From Macrostomum lignano (Eukaryota), in the NCBI GenBank assembly GCA_002269645.1, contig NIVC01000495.1:1-64000 (forward strand): a DNA stretch of 64,000 nucleotides, in the 5' to 3' direction. Below the pieces are notes generated by a model, which saw only the letters and a program-made list of their open reading frames with translations, was not told the DNA's origin and searched no databases. A program made the translations under genes and the position numbers. Positions 1 through 33,426 of this stretch are shown in pieces. Every line of letters begins with the position of its first letter. Within the stretch, counting starts at the first letter, position 1.

Positions 1-972
1 CTGCTGCACAACGACGAGGGCGCGGCAGTTCGTCGAATGCGGAGGCGAAGGCAGCGGCGGAGGAAGACGCGAGGCAGAGGAAGACGACAAAGACTACGTG
101 CCCGGCGACGCGGATGAGGAAGAGGAGGAGGAAGAAGAGGAAGACGAGGAAAGCAAAGATAAGGGCGATGAAGATGAGGAGGATGGCGAGGAAGGCGAGG
201 AAGACGACGATGATGAAGAGGAGAACTCCGAATCCGAGGAATCGGACGAGTCAGAAGAGTACGAGGTCATCATGCCCACCGGTGACGACCCCGGCGTGGA
301 CTCCGGGACCACCGCCGTGGTGGCCCTGATGGTTCGCGACCGGCTGTTCGTGGCCAACGCTGGCGACTCGCGCGCTGTCCTGTCCGATGCCGGCGTCGCG
401 GTCGACATGAGCGACGATCACAAGCCGGAGGATGAGCCAGAGCGGCAGCGCATCGAGACTGCTGGCGGTCACGTGACTAAGGAGGCGCGCGTGAACGGCG
501 GCCTGAACTTGAGCCGAGCCATCGGAGACCACGCCTACAAGCAGAACTCCGAGCTGACGGCCGCCAAGCAGATCATCAGCCCGCTGCCCGACGTTCGCTC
601 GGTCACCATCACAGACAGTCACCGGTTTCTTCTTGTTGGCCTGCGACGGCATCTGGAACTCGATGTCCTCCCAGGAGGCCGTGGACTTCTGCGAGAAGCG
701 CCTGTCCGCCGGGCTTGGCCCCGAGCAGGTGTGCGAGGCCCTGTTCGACCACTGCCTGGCCCCCAACACCGAGGACTCGGACGGGACCGGCTGCGACAAC
801 ATGACGGCCGTGCTGGTCGCTTCCACGGCGCCGACCAGCAGCAGGCGGCGGAAGGCGTCTCCCGCAAGCGCCAGCTGCCATCAGCCGCCAGGAGGCCGAG
901 GCCGCCGCCGGCGCTGAAGCTTCCGCCGCGGCCGCTGGGGAGAGTGAGAGCAAGAGAGCCAAGGAGGGCTAG
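1..972 (+). CDS. PPM1G: Protein phosphatase 1G (PP2C-gamma)-like, 3' part, with apparent single-base frameshifts
   Basis: Long acidic insert followed by PP2C motifs [44 protein letters not shown] and GCDNMT lie in the next frame (633-917). Shifts near 635, 818 and 890 give the C-terminus ...ESKRAKEG* (TAG 970-972). The 5' end lies outside the window. Confidence 0.9.
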
Positions 973-1093
973 GATTGTGGCAACTGTTGACTGCTTTGCA
1001 TGCGGCATTTGACCTTTGACCCCGCCCTGTCTGCTGTGTTGCTTTCTGTGTCAGCGAGCTGAGCTTATCGCCAATCATGTATGAAATTATCTT

Positions 1094-1600
1094 GGGTGAT
1101 GCTGGTGATTATCATGGGTGATGCTGGTGATTATCATGGGTGATGCTGGTGATTATCATAGATGATGCTGGTGATTATCATGGGTGATGCTGGTGATTAT
1201 CATAGATGATGCTGGTGATTATCATAGATGATGCTGGTGATTATCATGAGTGATGCTGGTGCTTATTATAGGTGATGCTGGTGATTATTATAGGTGATGC
1301 TGGTGATTATCATGAGTGATGCTGGTGATAATCATAGGTGATGCTGGTGATTATCATAGATGATGCTGGTGATTATCATGGGTGATGCTGGTGATTATCA
1401 TAGATGATGCTGGTGATTATCATGGGTGATGCTGGTGATTATCATAGATGATGCTGGTGATTATCATAGATGATGCTGGTGATTATCATAGCTGATGCTG
1501 GTGATTATCATGGGTGATGCTGGTGATTATCATGGGTGATGCTGGTGATTATTTTAGGTGATGCTGGTGATTATCATGGGCGATTCTGGTGATTATTATG
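1094..1600. repeat. 22-bp minisatellite GGGTGATGCTGGTGATTATCAT, ~23 copies
   Basis: Period 22 (1094, 1116, ...), just downstream of the PPM1G stop. Confidence 0.95.
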
Positions 1601-2320
1601 ACTCCGATTAGTGTTTAAGTCCATAGCCAGCAATGATGATTATTACTGCAAGCCAGGTGATCATCTGCTCGAGTAAACAGGTTATGTTTATCATGAAAAT
1701 TTGGATTTAATGAATGGCTCAGCTATCATTCCAGAATAGTTCATGAATCAGGCCATTGGCTCCCTCACCGTGCTGGCAGATAAATGAACTGGCTGGCCTC
1801 CCCCGATTTGAATAATTTGTGCTTTTGTCCAGTTGTGTGTGCGTGTTGCCATGCAAAAAATGCATTTCAACGACCCAGTTGAACCCCCTTTCTGCAGTCC
1901 CTCGCTTTACTTTTCAAAAGTAAAACGTGTCGCTGTTTCCATTTTTTACCGTTTCTCCCCGACCTGAATGAACTCGCCTCCCAGCGTTTGCGTTTCTTGT
2001 TGTCGCTTTTAAACTGCGCATCAAATTGTTAATCTCTGTGTGTTCGGGTTGCGCACTGGTTACATTTTTCATAGCTGTTCTTTTCGCTTACTGAGCGAGT
2101 TTTAGCCTGGTCGGCCGATTCCGTACCTGAGGTGATGAAAATTAATTAATACTTGAATAATTAGGCCATACTAATAAACATATTGTCTATTTTTATTTGT
2201 TCGCGCAGCGGCGGGCAACAGTCCGGTCTGCCCGGCCCTGATTGAGGAAATGCCTGGCTGGGTCTGCCTTCGTTTATCGCTTTATTGTTTGATGTACTTC
2301 ACAGCAGAGATCCGCCATCT

Positions 2321-2625
2321 CAGATACTCGGTCGGGTCGCCACTGAGTCCCAGATACTCGGGTCGGGTCGCCACTGGTCCAGATACTCGGGTCGGGTCGC
2401 CACTGAGTCCCAGATACTCGGGTCGGGTCGCCACTGAGTCCCAGATACTCGGGTCGGGTCGCCACTGAGTCCCAGATACTCGGGTCGGGTCGCCACTGAG
2501 TCCCAGATACTCGGTCGGGTCGCCACTGAGTCCCAGATACTCAGGTCGGGTAGCCACTGAGTCCCAGATACTCAGGTCGGGTAGCCACTGAGTCCCAGAT
2601 ACTCAGGTCGGGTAGCCACTGAGTC
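2321..2625. repeat. 31-bp minisatellite CACTGAGTCCCAGATACTCGGGTCGGGTCGC, ~10 copies
   Basis: Period 31 (2401, 2432, ...). Confidence 0.95.
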
Positions 2626-3522
2626 TCTATAATAAATCTAAGGCTAGAAAATACAGTTGTACTTTTATAGAAGCAATCAGTTAACTTGCACTTTAACTCT
2701 GTTCATGCGGCAGCCGCGCGCTCAGCTCCCGCCCGCCAATGTCCGCCTGCCTGCCGCTTGCCGCCAACGCTCCCCTGCCAGCCGTAGACACCGTCGGCTG
2801 GTCGACACCGCGCCGCGCCGTCTCAGTGAGCGCCACGCGAGCCCGTGCCGCTGATGGCGGCAGCGCCACGACGCGCCGCTGCATTCTCGGCGAACTCTCG
2901 TCGATCTCGGCAACCGTGGCGCCGGCCGCCGCCCAGCAGCGGCGGCAAGACTCGACTCGCCGCGTCGCCGCCTGGCGCAACTGGCGCGCCAGTTCTGCGC
3001 CACGCGCCATCCTACGCTTGGCGCCACTGGTGCAGAACGCTAGTTCAGGTGTGGAGTCTATGGCCGAACCGCCCCAAAGCACTCTCGATGTCGTACATCT
3101 TAGATAGTTTAAACTGTTGTCTCATCATTTTTCATTTTTCGCCGCGTCGCCGACGATGCTGGATTTTCGGTCAAGCTGACGTCTATTGAACCTCTGTGCC
3201 TCTCTGTCTCTCCGCCTATAGCTGTGATGCAGTGGAACTTTTCATTCATTTCGATTGATTGCTAAATAAATAGTTAATAATCACTTTTTTAGTAATTTTT
3301 CAGCTTTTCTAATCACTATCATCACTCAAATTAGCGGCTTGGCTGTTTTATTCAAAAACTTATTTCGAATAGTTTTTACGGTTGCATTCGTGCATTAGTT
3401 TATGGCAAAGTTGTCAAGCTGTGTTAGAAAAAGAGCTTGAAAAGCTTGCATCTTGCACACAACTGCGCGCAGTCCACCCGATTGCTTGTGCGGCTAACTG
3501 GGGCGTCAACTCGTCGAGAGAC

Positions 3523-4971
3523 ATGCGACGCAGTCTGAACATTCACGCGACCACCAGCCAGAATGTTACCCTGGACTCCCTGATGCTGAAGGTCTTCCAG
3601 AGCATGGCCAGGAAGAAGGACTCCGGCCTCACCTCGGACGACATCATTGTTGCCATGCGCCGCCAGAATCCCTACAAGTTCATCAGCAATGACGTGTACG
3701 ACCTGATCCATTCCGCTCTGGGCACCGAGGGAGTCGACGTCACCAGCTTCCGGGTGAGAGCTGGAAGACTTTAGGGTTGAGGAGGTCCAGATTCGAGTGT
3801 TCCAGATATTTGCATGTGTGTACTAGTAGAACTCAAACTTTGCGGGTTTGCACTTACTCGCCGCCAGTTGTTGGCAATACGGTTACAAGTACCCGCTACA
3901 AGAAATTTGAACGAAGTTTCCCCGCCTGACCTTATTGTATGTAGTAGCCATAGACCTGTTGGTGATGTTTGAACAAGTTTTAAGCCATGATAGAAAGGTC
4001 TCGCAAACACAACGGACCCAAGGGCTCATTTATTTTGGTGCTTGTGCACGAAAATTGGCCGGAGGTTGTCGTACGATTCACACCTACGAGGGCCAAGCTC
4101 CAAGGTACACGTCTGGCAGTTACAAACTTAGGGCCGCTGTACAGTGTACACCCTGGGCCTTTTCATATTGCTTGTTCTGGTACCAGAACCAATTTGTGAA
4201 GTATAACTTTTTGTCTCCATAACTAGAGGGAGATACGTGCCATAAAGTTTTTATTATTGAATGACAATCGCCAAGAAGAAAGTGAAAAATTGTGCTAAGT
4301 GAGGTTGTTAAAGGCAGTCAAATATTAACAGAGTTAAATAGTTATACTGCTGTTTTTCTTGGAATTCCGAACCGATTCTGGAATTGGTAATATGAAAAGG
4401 CCCCCTGCTGTGTGAGCACTGTTTATGAGTGCGTGCTTGCGTACGACATTTTCGTATAGTCTGCGAAATGGGCAGAATTGCCTCACTAATATTTAGGGAA
4501 CGGCATAAAGTGACCACTGCACAGCTCTCGCGCAAATGCTTGTTCACTTCATTTCTATATCAACCTCGCGCTCACCGCCGCCGCCCCTCAAAGAACTTCG
4601 CCGCCCGCATCATCAGCGAGAACGTTGAGAATTACCTGAACGAGTACATGGAGGCGCTGCAGGTGGGCAACGAGGGCTGCCTCACCCGCTACCGCCTGGA
4701 GATGCTCTTCTGCCAGGAGATCGGCGCCAAGATCAGCCACACCGACGAGGCCTTCGATTCGCTCGAAGATGACTCCGTCATCACCGTGGAGACGCTCTGG
4801 CGGCTGCTAGAGGACAGGCGGCGCCTGCTTAGCTCTTTGGTGAGGCACATCTTCCGGACGGAGATTAATGCAGACTGCGGTGACGACATCCTCGACAGGT
4901 TCACCTCGACCACCGCCGACATGCTCAGCAAGAGGAGAAGCCACCGGTGCAGCTGCTGCAACCTGCTGTGA
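3523..4971 (+). CDS. Uncharacterised two-exon protein (~200 aa), degenerate calmodulin/EF-hand-like, C-terminal Cys cluster
   Basis: Exon 3523-3753 (donor GTGAGA) joins exon 4594-4971 (acceptor AAG) in phase 0 to read ...DVTSFR/NFAARIISE.... Codon style matches the other genes. Ends KRRSHRCSCCNLL*. The start codon is uncertain. Confidence 0.7.
3960..4143 (+). mobile_element. Old dispersed SINE-like repeat, copy 1
   Basis: TTTTGGTGCTTGTGCACGAAAATTGGCCGG matches the copy at 21.5 kb (minus). It ends TTAGGGCCGCTGTACA like the copies at 7.9, 16.9 and 21.4 kb. The 5' boundary is approximate. Confidence 0.6.
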
Positions 4972-5410
4972 CTGAATTAACAATTGATTACTTGTTTAGA
5001 CTGCTTGATTCGGCTACGCCATTGTTTGAAATTTAATAGAATTTGGCCGCTATTATAAACATGCATGTCGTCTTAGTGCTCCTGTTTTGCTAATTTTTTA
5101 AATAACAGGAACAACATGGAAATGTATTGACGTCGCTTAAATTTACAAACTGTAATACTGTAAAATGAAGTGTCAACAAATGCTAGTCCAAGTCCCCATC
5201 CTAGTGGTATTAAATTTAAACCCAAGACTTGTCCGAGCAAATGTCTATAATTAAAGTTTTATGATGCTCTCGATCGCATCGATGATACATAGAAAAGGTA
5301 AATTCTACTTCCCGTCATCCCTAACAATTCAGAATTTTTGGAATCGACACGCATAACATAAAAGTATCTTTGAATAACCTCCCACTTTTCAATTTTTGTT
5401 TTCATCTGTC

Positions 5411-6260
5411 CCGACATCAGGATTCGGGACAGGATCACACTGTCTCCCCATCTCAACCTCAGGATTCGATACAGGATCACTGTCTCCCCATCTCAACCTC
5501 AAGATTCTGTACAGGATCACTGTCTCCCCATCTCAACCTCGGGATTCTGTACAGGATCACTGTCTCCCCATCTCAACCTCAAGATTCGGTACAGGATCAC
5601 CGTCTCCCCATCTCAACCTCAAGATTCGGTACAGGATCACTGTCTCCCCATCTCAATCTCAGGATTCGATACAGGATCACTGTCTCCCCATTTCAACCTC
5701 AAGATTCGGTACAGGATCACTGTCTCCCCATCTCAACCTCAAGATTCGGTACAGGATCACTGTCTCCCCATCTCAACCTCGGGATTCGGTACAGGATCAC
5801 TGTCTCCCCATTTCAACCTCAAGATTCGGTACAGGATCACTGTCTCCCCATCTCAACCTCAAGATTCGGTACAGGATCACTGTCTCCCCATCTCAACCTC
5901 AAGATTCTGTACAGGATCGCTGTCTCCCCATCTCAACCTCAAGATTCGGTACAGGATCACTGTCTCCCCATCTCAACCTCAAGATTCTGTACAGGATCAC
6001 TGTCTCCCCATCTCAACCTCAAGATTCGGTACAGCATCACTGTCTCCCCATCTCAACCTCAAGATTCGGTACAGGATCACTGTCTCCCCATCTCAACCTC
6101 AAGATTCGGTACAGGATCACTGTCTCCCCATCTCAACCTCAAGATTCTGTACAGGATCGCTGTCTCCCCATCTCAACCTCAAGATTCGGTACAGGATCAC
6201 TGTCTCCCCATCTCAACCTCAAGATTCGGGACAGGATCACTGTCTCCCCATCTCAATCTC
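5411..6260. repeat. 40-bp minisatellite ACAGGATCACTGTCTCCCCATCTCAACCTCAAGATTCGGT, ~21 copies
   Basis: Period 40; explains ORFs 5370..6332 and 5396..6298. Confidence 0.95.
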
Positions 6261-7414
6261 TACCAGTGCGAGTCCTCCCCTTCCTTTCACCCAGATAAAG
6301 AAGCTGACACTGGAACAACACCTCAGTGTTAATCAGCGCTGGTAATGAAGCAGTATAATGTATATTATTGCATCTGTCTGTATATTGCTGCTCAGTCCAA
6401 TAGCTCACGGTCGAAGTGACCGAGCCGCGGTATAATTTTGATAAAAAACGGAGACATGATTATAACAAATCATAAAAGTTTGGTCTGTCTGCTCAATCAA
6501 ATCCGAGACTGTCTGAGTTCGGCTTGAACAAGCCAGAAGTGGCCAGCCTGTGCGCATTGTATAGGTCCTCAAAAAGTGTACAGGTGTCAATAAACTGGTG
6601 CGAACTTGCTGCTACACGTGTATAGTTTGAATAATTGAGATAGAACAATACAAAAATAGTACACAGCAATGGTAGGACTATATAGATTGCGCACAGTAGT
6701 ACATTGTGCTGACGATGAGAGTTCTTGATAATAAATAATACAGACATGACTGGGACAGGAAATATAAAATATATCTGACTAGAAATTGGTTCAGGCAGCT
6801 TGGGAGAATGGCAGCTTATGAACAAAAATAGAAAAGCATGATGGTGATAAAAGTAGTCAGGATAGAGTATTGCTGAGTAAAGTACAAGCGGGAAGAGACT
6901 CCAATGGGTTGCCGTGCTGACAGCATTACAGAATTGCCACCCCAGGCCATCGGGCTGAATGAGGATGCGCAAGATCGCACAGCCGCTTGAAGTTGCCGCA
7001 ACAGCAGGTAGCGAAGCAGGTAATACGGTAGGTAATAAAGCCGGTAAGAATACGGAACAGGTATCGCAGGCGCAAAACGAAGGCTTGGTCTCGGCGCATT
7101 AGATCGTACTCAGACAAGCAAAATTTCTTTTTTCAGTCTTTTCGTAACAAGACGCTGCACAAAAATAGGTTTACGTGGCTACTGCAAGTAATAATATAAA
7201 GGCCGTGTACTTTTCTTAACCTATTTTCTAAGAATCTTAAAATATTCCGGTGTCAAAAAGTGAGATGGCGATGAGGGCAGGCAGGCCCGCGGAGGACTTC
7301 ACTGCGGCAGGGTGAAGCTGATCGGGGGTGATGAAGCAATTCCGCATAGTAATATCGTGAATACGAGTCGGTGCAGTGGGAACAGGAATGTGTCAGTCAG
7401 CCGGCTGCGCTTGT

Positions 7415-28348
<20,934 letters not shown>

Positions 28349-28964
28349 CGCTGACTCGGCGGCTCGCTGAGTTGCTACTGCGGTGGCTGCGGCTGCTCAG
28401 GCGAGTGGCGGGCGCGGGCTGAAAGATGCAAATTGAGCTCTATCAGCTCCAGGAGCAGCGGCGAACTGCTTTGCTGGAACAGAAGTCCTCCTACAACTTC
28501 TCTCTCCCCCTTGTCCCTCTGCTTTGCCTCCCCAAGGGCCCGGTTGGTCAGCCTAGAGGGCCAATGAAGGCCTTGCCAGAGACCAGCCTGCCTTCGCGCC
28601 AGGGGACTACGCCCTGATGCCCTGATAAAGATCGCATTGGCAGGGAGCTGCTGTACCGGGTATTTGGATGCTGCCATGCAGGTGGCGACTTAAAAAACAT
28701 AAACAGAGAAAGAAATTATTGGGCATGCAGAATGGAATGCTTGACGGCGCAATTTCGGACGCAATTTTTCTTATGGCGCAAATATTGCAAAATAGGGGTG
28801 TAAAACTTGAAGCAAAATATTGAAACATGAAGTATTCGCACAGTTCCTGTAGTGCATAGTAAACTAGATCTGCCTTGCTGTCTACTGCTTCAGTGGGGTG
28901 TTAACGTGTTAAAATCCTGTCCTGTGATGGCGCCAATGTTTCAACCATGGCGCGCCTGCTTTGT

Positions 28965-29420
28965 GACGGCGCCTCTATCTTAACTATGGCGCCTCTGTCT
29001 TAACTATGGCGCCTCTATCTTAACTATGGCGCCTCTATCTTAACTATGGCGCCTCTGTCTTAACTATGGCGCCTCTATCTTAACTATGGCGCCTCTGTCT
29101 TAACTATGGCGCCTCTATCTTAACTATGGCGCCTCTATCTTAACTATGGCCCCTCTGTCTTAACTATGGCGCCTCTATCCTAACTATGGCGCCTCTATCT
29201 TAACTATGGCGCCTCTATCTTAACTATGGCGCCTCTATCTTAACTATGGCGCCTCTATCTTAACTATGGCGCCTCTGTCTTAACTATGGCGCCTCTGTCT
29301 TAACTATGGCGCCTCTATCTTAACTATGGCGCCTCTATCTTAACTATGGCGCCTCTGTCTTAACTATGGCGCCTTTATCCTAACTATGGCGCCTCTATCC
29401 TAACTATGGCGCCTCTATCT
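28965..29420. repeat. 20-bp minisatellite GGCGCCTCT(A/G)TCTTAACTAT, ~22 copies
   Basis: Period 20 with degenerate flanking units; about 0.6 kb upstream of the PLC ATG. Confidence 0.95.
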
Positions 29421-32400
29421 GAACTTTGGAGCTTTTATCCCAATGAGGACGCATTTAATGATGGCGCCTCTATATTAACTCTGGCGCCTCGCCTTGTGAT
29501 GGCGCCCCTGTCTTGTGCTGGCGCGTTTGTCTTCATTGCCCCGATAATCAATGAAAAGGGGCTCACGCAGTGAAGAGAGATATGGAGTGCCTTACAACGT
29601 GAGGAGCAGAGCTACGAGACGCAGCTACTGCCTTGAAAAGCACTTACACTGAGGCGGCACTTTTAAAAAAGACAGGAAAGCTCAAAGACGATATCAGACG
29701 GAACAGCTTTGCCTTTTCCAATCTTTTCGACGCGATGCACGCACACCGGGTGGCGCAGTCCCGCCGGGACCGCCGCCAAGCAATTATTCAAAGTGTCCGC
29801 CCGCCCTGCTCCCCTGACTCCCTCCGCTGCGCTGCCCGCCGCCGCCTGACCGAATCCCATTGATGCCCCTTAATCCCGAATTCGGGGAGGGGGGGGGTCG
29901 GGAAGAAGGGGAGAATAAAACTGCGGAAAGAAGCCAGGCTGAAATCGGGGCTTGCCCGAGTAAAAGGAAAAAGCGGCTTCTGTTGCCGGGCAGGGGCCGA
30001 CCCGGATAGCGGACTGGAAAATTGCCGGCGCCGTTCGACTGGACTCGGCAACTCGAATAGTTTGGCTCCGAGCCTCTAGACTGGAATATGAGCCGAATAA
30101 ACAGAAGCAGGTACATCTGGGGAAATTCGTTTTTCCAGTTTCTCAGCTTTCACAATTTTGCTTTTTAGCCTTTTCGCTCTCTTCTTAGATTTCGCTCTCA
30201 AAAACTCCTCAGCCCGTCTCGCAGCTGCCCGTAGTAGCTCAGACCCCCCCCCCAAAAAAAAACATCAATATTTTAAGTAACAGTAGAACGCATCAGAAAA
30301 CCGCCATCCCTTAGACGTATTGCAATTTTTTCTCTATACAAAGTTTAGATCTTCAAAAACGCAAATCCTGGAGCTCAGGTGCCCCAGAGTATTCCTCAAT
30401 TCTATTGATTTCAAAACCCAATCAATGCAATTTTCCCATCCAGAACAATCCCAGATACAATCAATTTTGCATCCTCCGCAATTCCCTGTCCTGTGGCAGC
30501 AGAAACAGGCCCAGATCAGCCTCAACTGCTGCGCATTCTACTCTTTAATCCCCCGGTTATCCCAGTTGACGAGTGAATCTCTCTGGGTGGTCTTGAGCTC
30601 GAATCGCAAAGAAAAACGAATGAGAGAGCCGCAGGTGGAGCGGCCGGATCAACAGGGCGTGGCTCGGCGGGGATCAGGGGGGGGGGGGGTGAAAGGCAGG
30701 GCAGCAGAGAGGAAGAGTCCCGATCACTGCATCAGAGCAATCTGCTCCCAGCTGGCTCGCCACTCTGGGCCGCGAGTATAAAATATCCCATTTTTCCCCA
30801 TCAGACACTGTACCGTCACGCCCAGTCTCCCCGATCCCCATCTCATCAACCTTTTCTCCGCTCTCTCTCTCCTCTCACTCATCCCCTCACTGCTGGAAGG
30901 CTATCGGCGATCTCGCTAATAGAAACGAGCGCGCCAGAGCCGCAGCCGCCGCTCCCGCTTCATCCAAATTTGAGCGAGTGAAAATGGACTCGCTTGGTCA
31001 GCAGCGGGGGAAACCAATACAATATTGGTGTCGAACTCTCCCCCCGCCAGCTGGGCTGCTCTTCCCAGGGGAGAAAATGGGAAGCTGGGATAGACAATCT
31101 CGGTCGGGCTTGACGGCTCAATGCCGCAGATTGATCCCCCTTCATCCAGCACCAGCGTGGACTTTTTCGTTCGCGAGATCGCGTGCCACCTGCCGCCGGC
31201 CCGATCGACAGGATTTTGGTCATATTTCACTGAGCCGGGGTCTCTGAGCTCGCTGCTGCGATATTGGAGGTTCAGTAACAATTGATGAGACTCGCGGCAA
31301 CAGGAATTTTGCGACAGAAAATTCGCAACCTAAAAACATTGGAGCTTGAGAAGTAAGGCCACACCTGTAAGACTCTGCAAAGCTGGAGAGTTCTCATGCA
31401 TCTGGAAACTCTCTCAAGCCTCATCATCTAAACACTCCAAGCTTCAAAAGCTTGAGATTAATCAGCTTATTTATTGTTCTCTTCAGTATCTAGATATCTT
31501 TTGCACGGAATCCTTTACACATCTCAATAAGACTTCTCAAAACATCTTTTATAGAGAAAAAGTGCAGACCTAGCAATACATTCACACTGGTAAAAATTTC
31601 ACCAACCAAAGCTGCAAAGCGCGCTCGCCAAGACTGCTGGAAGCTGGGCGCTGAAACCTGTCAATGCTTTATGCTTCGATGAGCAGAACACACGGAACTC
31701 TGTGAGAAACGGGCGGGCCAGCCCTGCGCCAGCCCCCCCCCCTGCACTCGCCACGCCCAAAACCAGCAGGGAGGACGGACTAAGCTGAGCCATTTTTTTC
31801 TGCTCAGCCGGTTCGGGCTAATTCCGCCATCCTCCTTTGAGATGCGGGCTATACTGGATGCCCGTTACGTGCACTGCAGACTAATTCAGGTGAGCAAAGG
31901 TGAGAAGAGAGAAGAGAAGCAGTGCTGCAAATGGACTAAGAATTCCTGTACAATGAGTTGAATCAGTGAAAACAAATCAATCAGTCATTGGTCACTATGT
32001 AGTGGTATAAATATACGTTCAAAATTGACATTAAAATTTTTTTCTGGCCTGCACTTAAAGAAATCTTGTAAATTCTACAAACTCTAAAGATAAAAAACCC
32101 TATTGGGTGCAAGTCATTTTAGTTCAACAAAAAGTACTATTTCCCCAAGAGCACTGTGCATTTTATTCTCCTTTGAATGTAAAGGAGATAAGCAATCTAT
32201 TTATAAAATGTTCAAAGCTACAAAAATCTTATAGCATAGCATGTAACAACCTAAATGAGTTTTCAATCATAGTAAAGAATCATAGTAGATCATAGCAAAT
32301 AGAACTTATGACTGAAAGATATACCACAAAATGAACATTTGAATATCTAGTCTATTGTTGTTATTTATGCCTATGTCTATGACATTAAATTAATAGTTAA

Positions 32401-33426
32401 TATAGGCTATATTAGAAGAAAAAAATTGCTTAATATTTAAGTTTAATTAAACCTTTTTATAACTGTCAATTCATGAAGTGTACTTATAAAACACAATTGA
32501 ATACTGTCTAAATCATTTTTATCAATTTTTCACTTTTTTAGAAAAACTTGAACTTGAACTAATTTTTAAATAAAGTGCATCAAAATAATATTTTAGCTGA
32601 AAATATTTTGAAAATAATGACACATTTTAAATTAAAAATAATTTAAAAGTTATTAAATTTCAATTTTAATGATATATATATCCTTTGAACAAAAAGCAAC
32701 CATTTTTTAAAAATGATTCATCAACAAATAATGAAACAAAAATTCACTTGGTCTTAGCTTTGATTAGAGACTTTTCAATAGCTGGAAATCATTGAAATGC
32801 AATAGTACTAGTAGCTCAGTTAATATCACTAGCCTTAGTGTTCATCTTGTAAGCAAGACTGTAATTAATAGTAACAAAATATGAAAAAATCAGAACCAGT
32901 TATCTGACTTAAATAATTGGCTTCAAGTTTTATAATTTTACTATTTACCACAAATAATGGTACAACAGATAAGTGCTGGCCTAGATTAGGAAAACACAAG
33001 GAAAATAGGAAAATTCGTCTCTAAACAAAATTCACTAAATCTCTAAGTTATCTGTCTGTCTGTCTTTTTGTAACATTCTAGTATATTTTACTGAAGCGAA
33101 AATAAGTTTTGTCGTGTGTTTTGAAGTATGCCGATAAGAATTAAAAAAAAGATAGTTCGATCGATTCCTTTTTTGTCAAAATCAGAAAAATGATAAATAT
33201 TGCATAATTTTCTGGAAAATTACTTGAATTCATTTAATTACCATATTATTTAAATTACATCATACACAATACTGAAAACTAACCTTTATCTTAACAGAAA
33301 AATATTTAAAACGTTTGTTTTACTTTAACTACTAACTCCGTAAAGTTCTTTAATTAATATTTTAACTTCCGGGAATATTTAAACTTCGAAGCATCGGCAA
33401 AAATCTATTTCTGCACTATATCTGCA

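Noticed and set aside
2693-3107. GC-rich block with overlapping 100-130 aa ORFs on both strands
   Set aside because: No recognisable motif or convincing splice sites. It could be an orphan exon but I cannot support a call.
5370-6332. 300-320 aa Cys/His-containing repetitive ORFs
   Set aside because: Products of the 40-bp array read in rotating frames, with no unique flanking coding sequence.
29600-31300. Short ORFs in a GC-rich region upstream of PLC
   Set aside because: No protein motifs; more likely promoter or 5' UTR sequence, but no element is specific enough to annotate.
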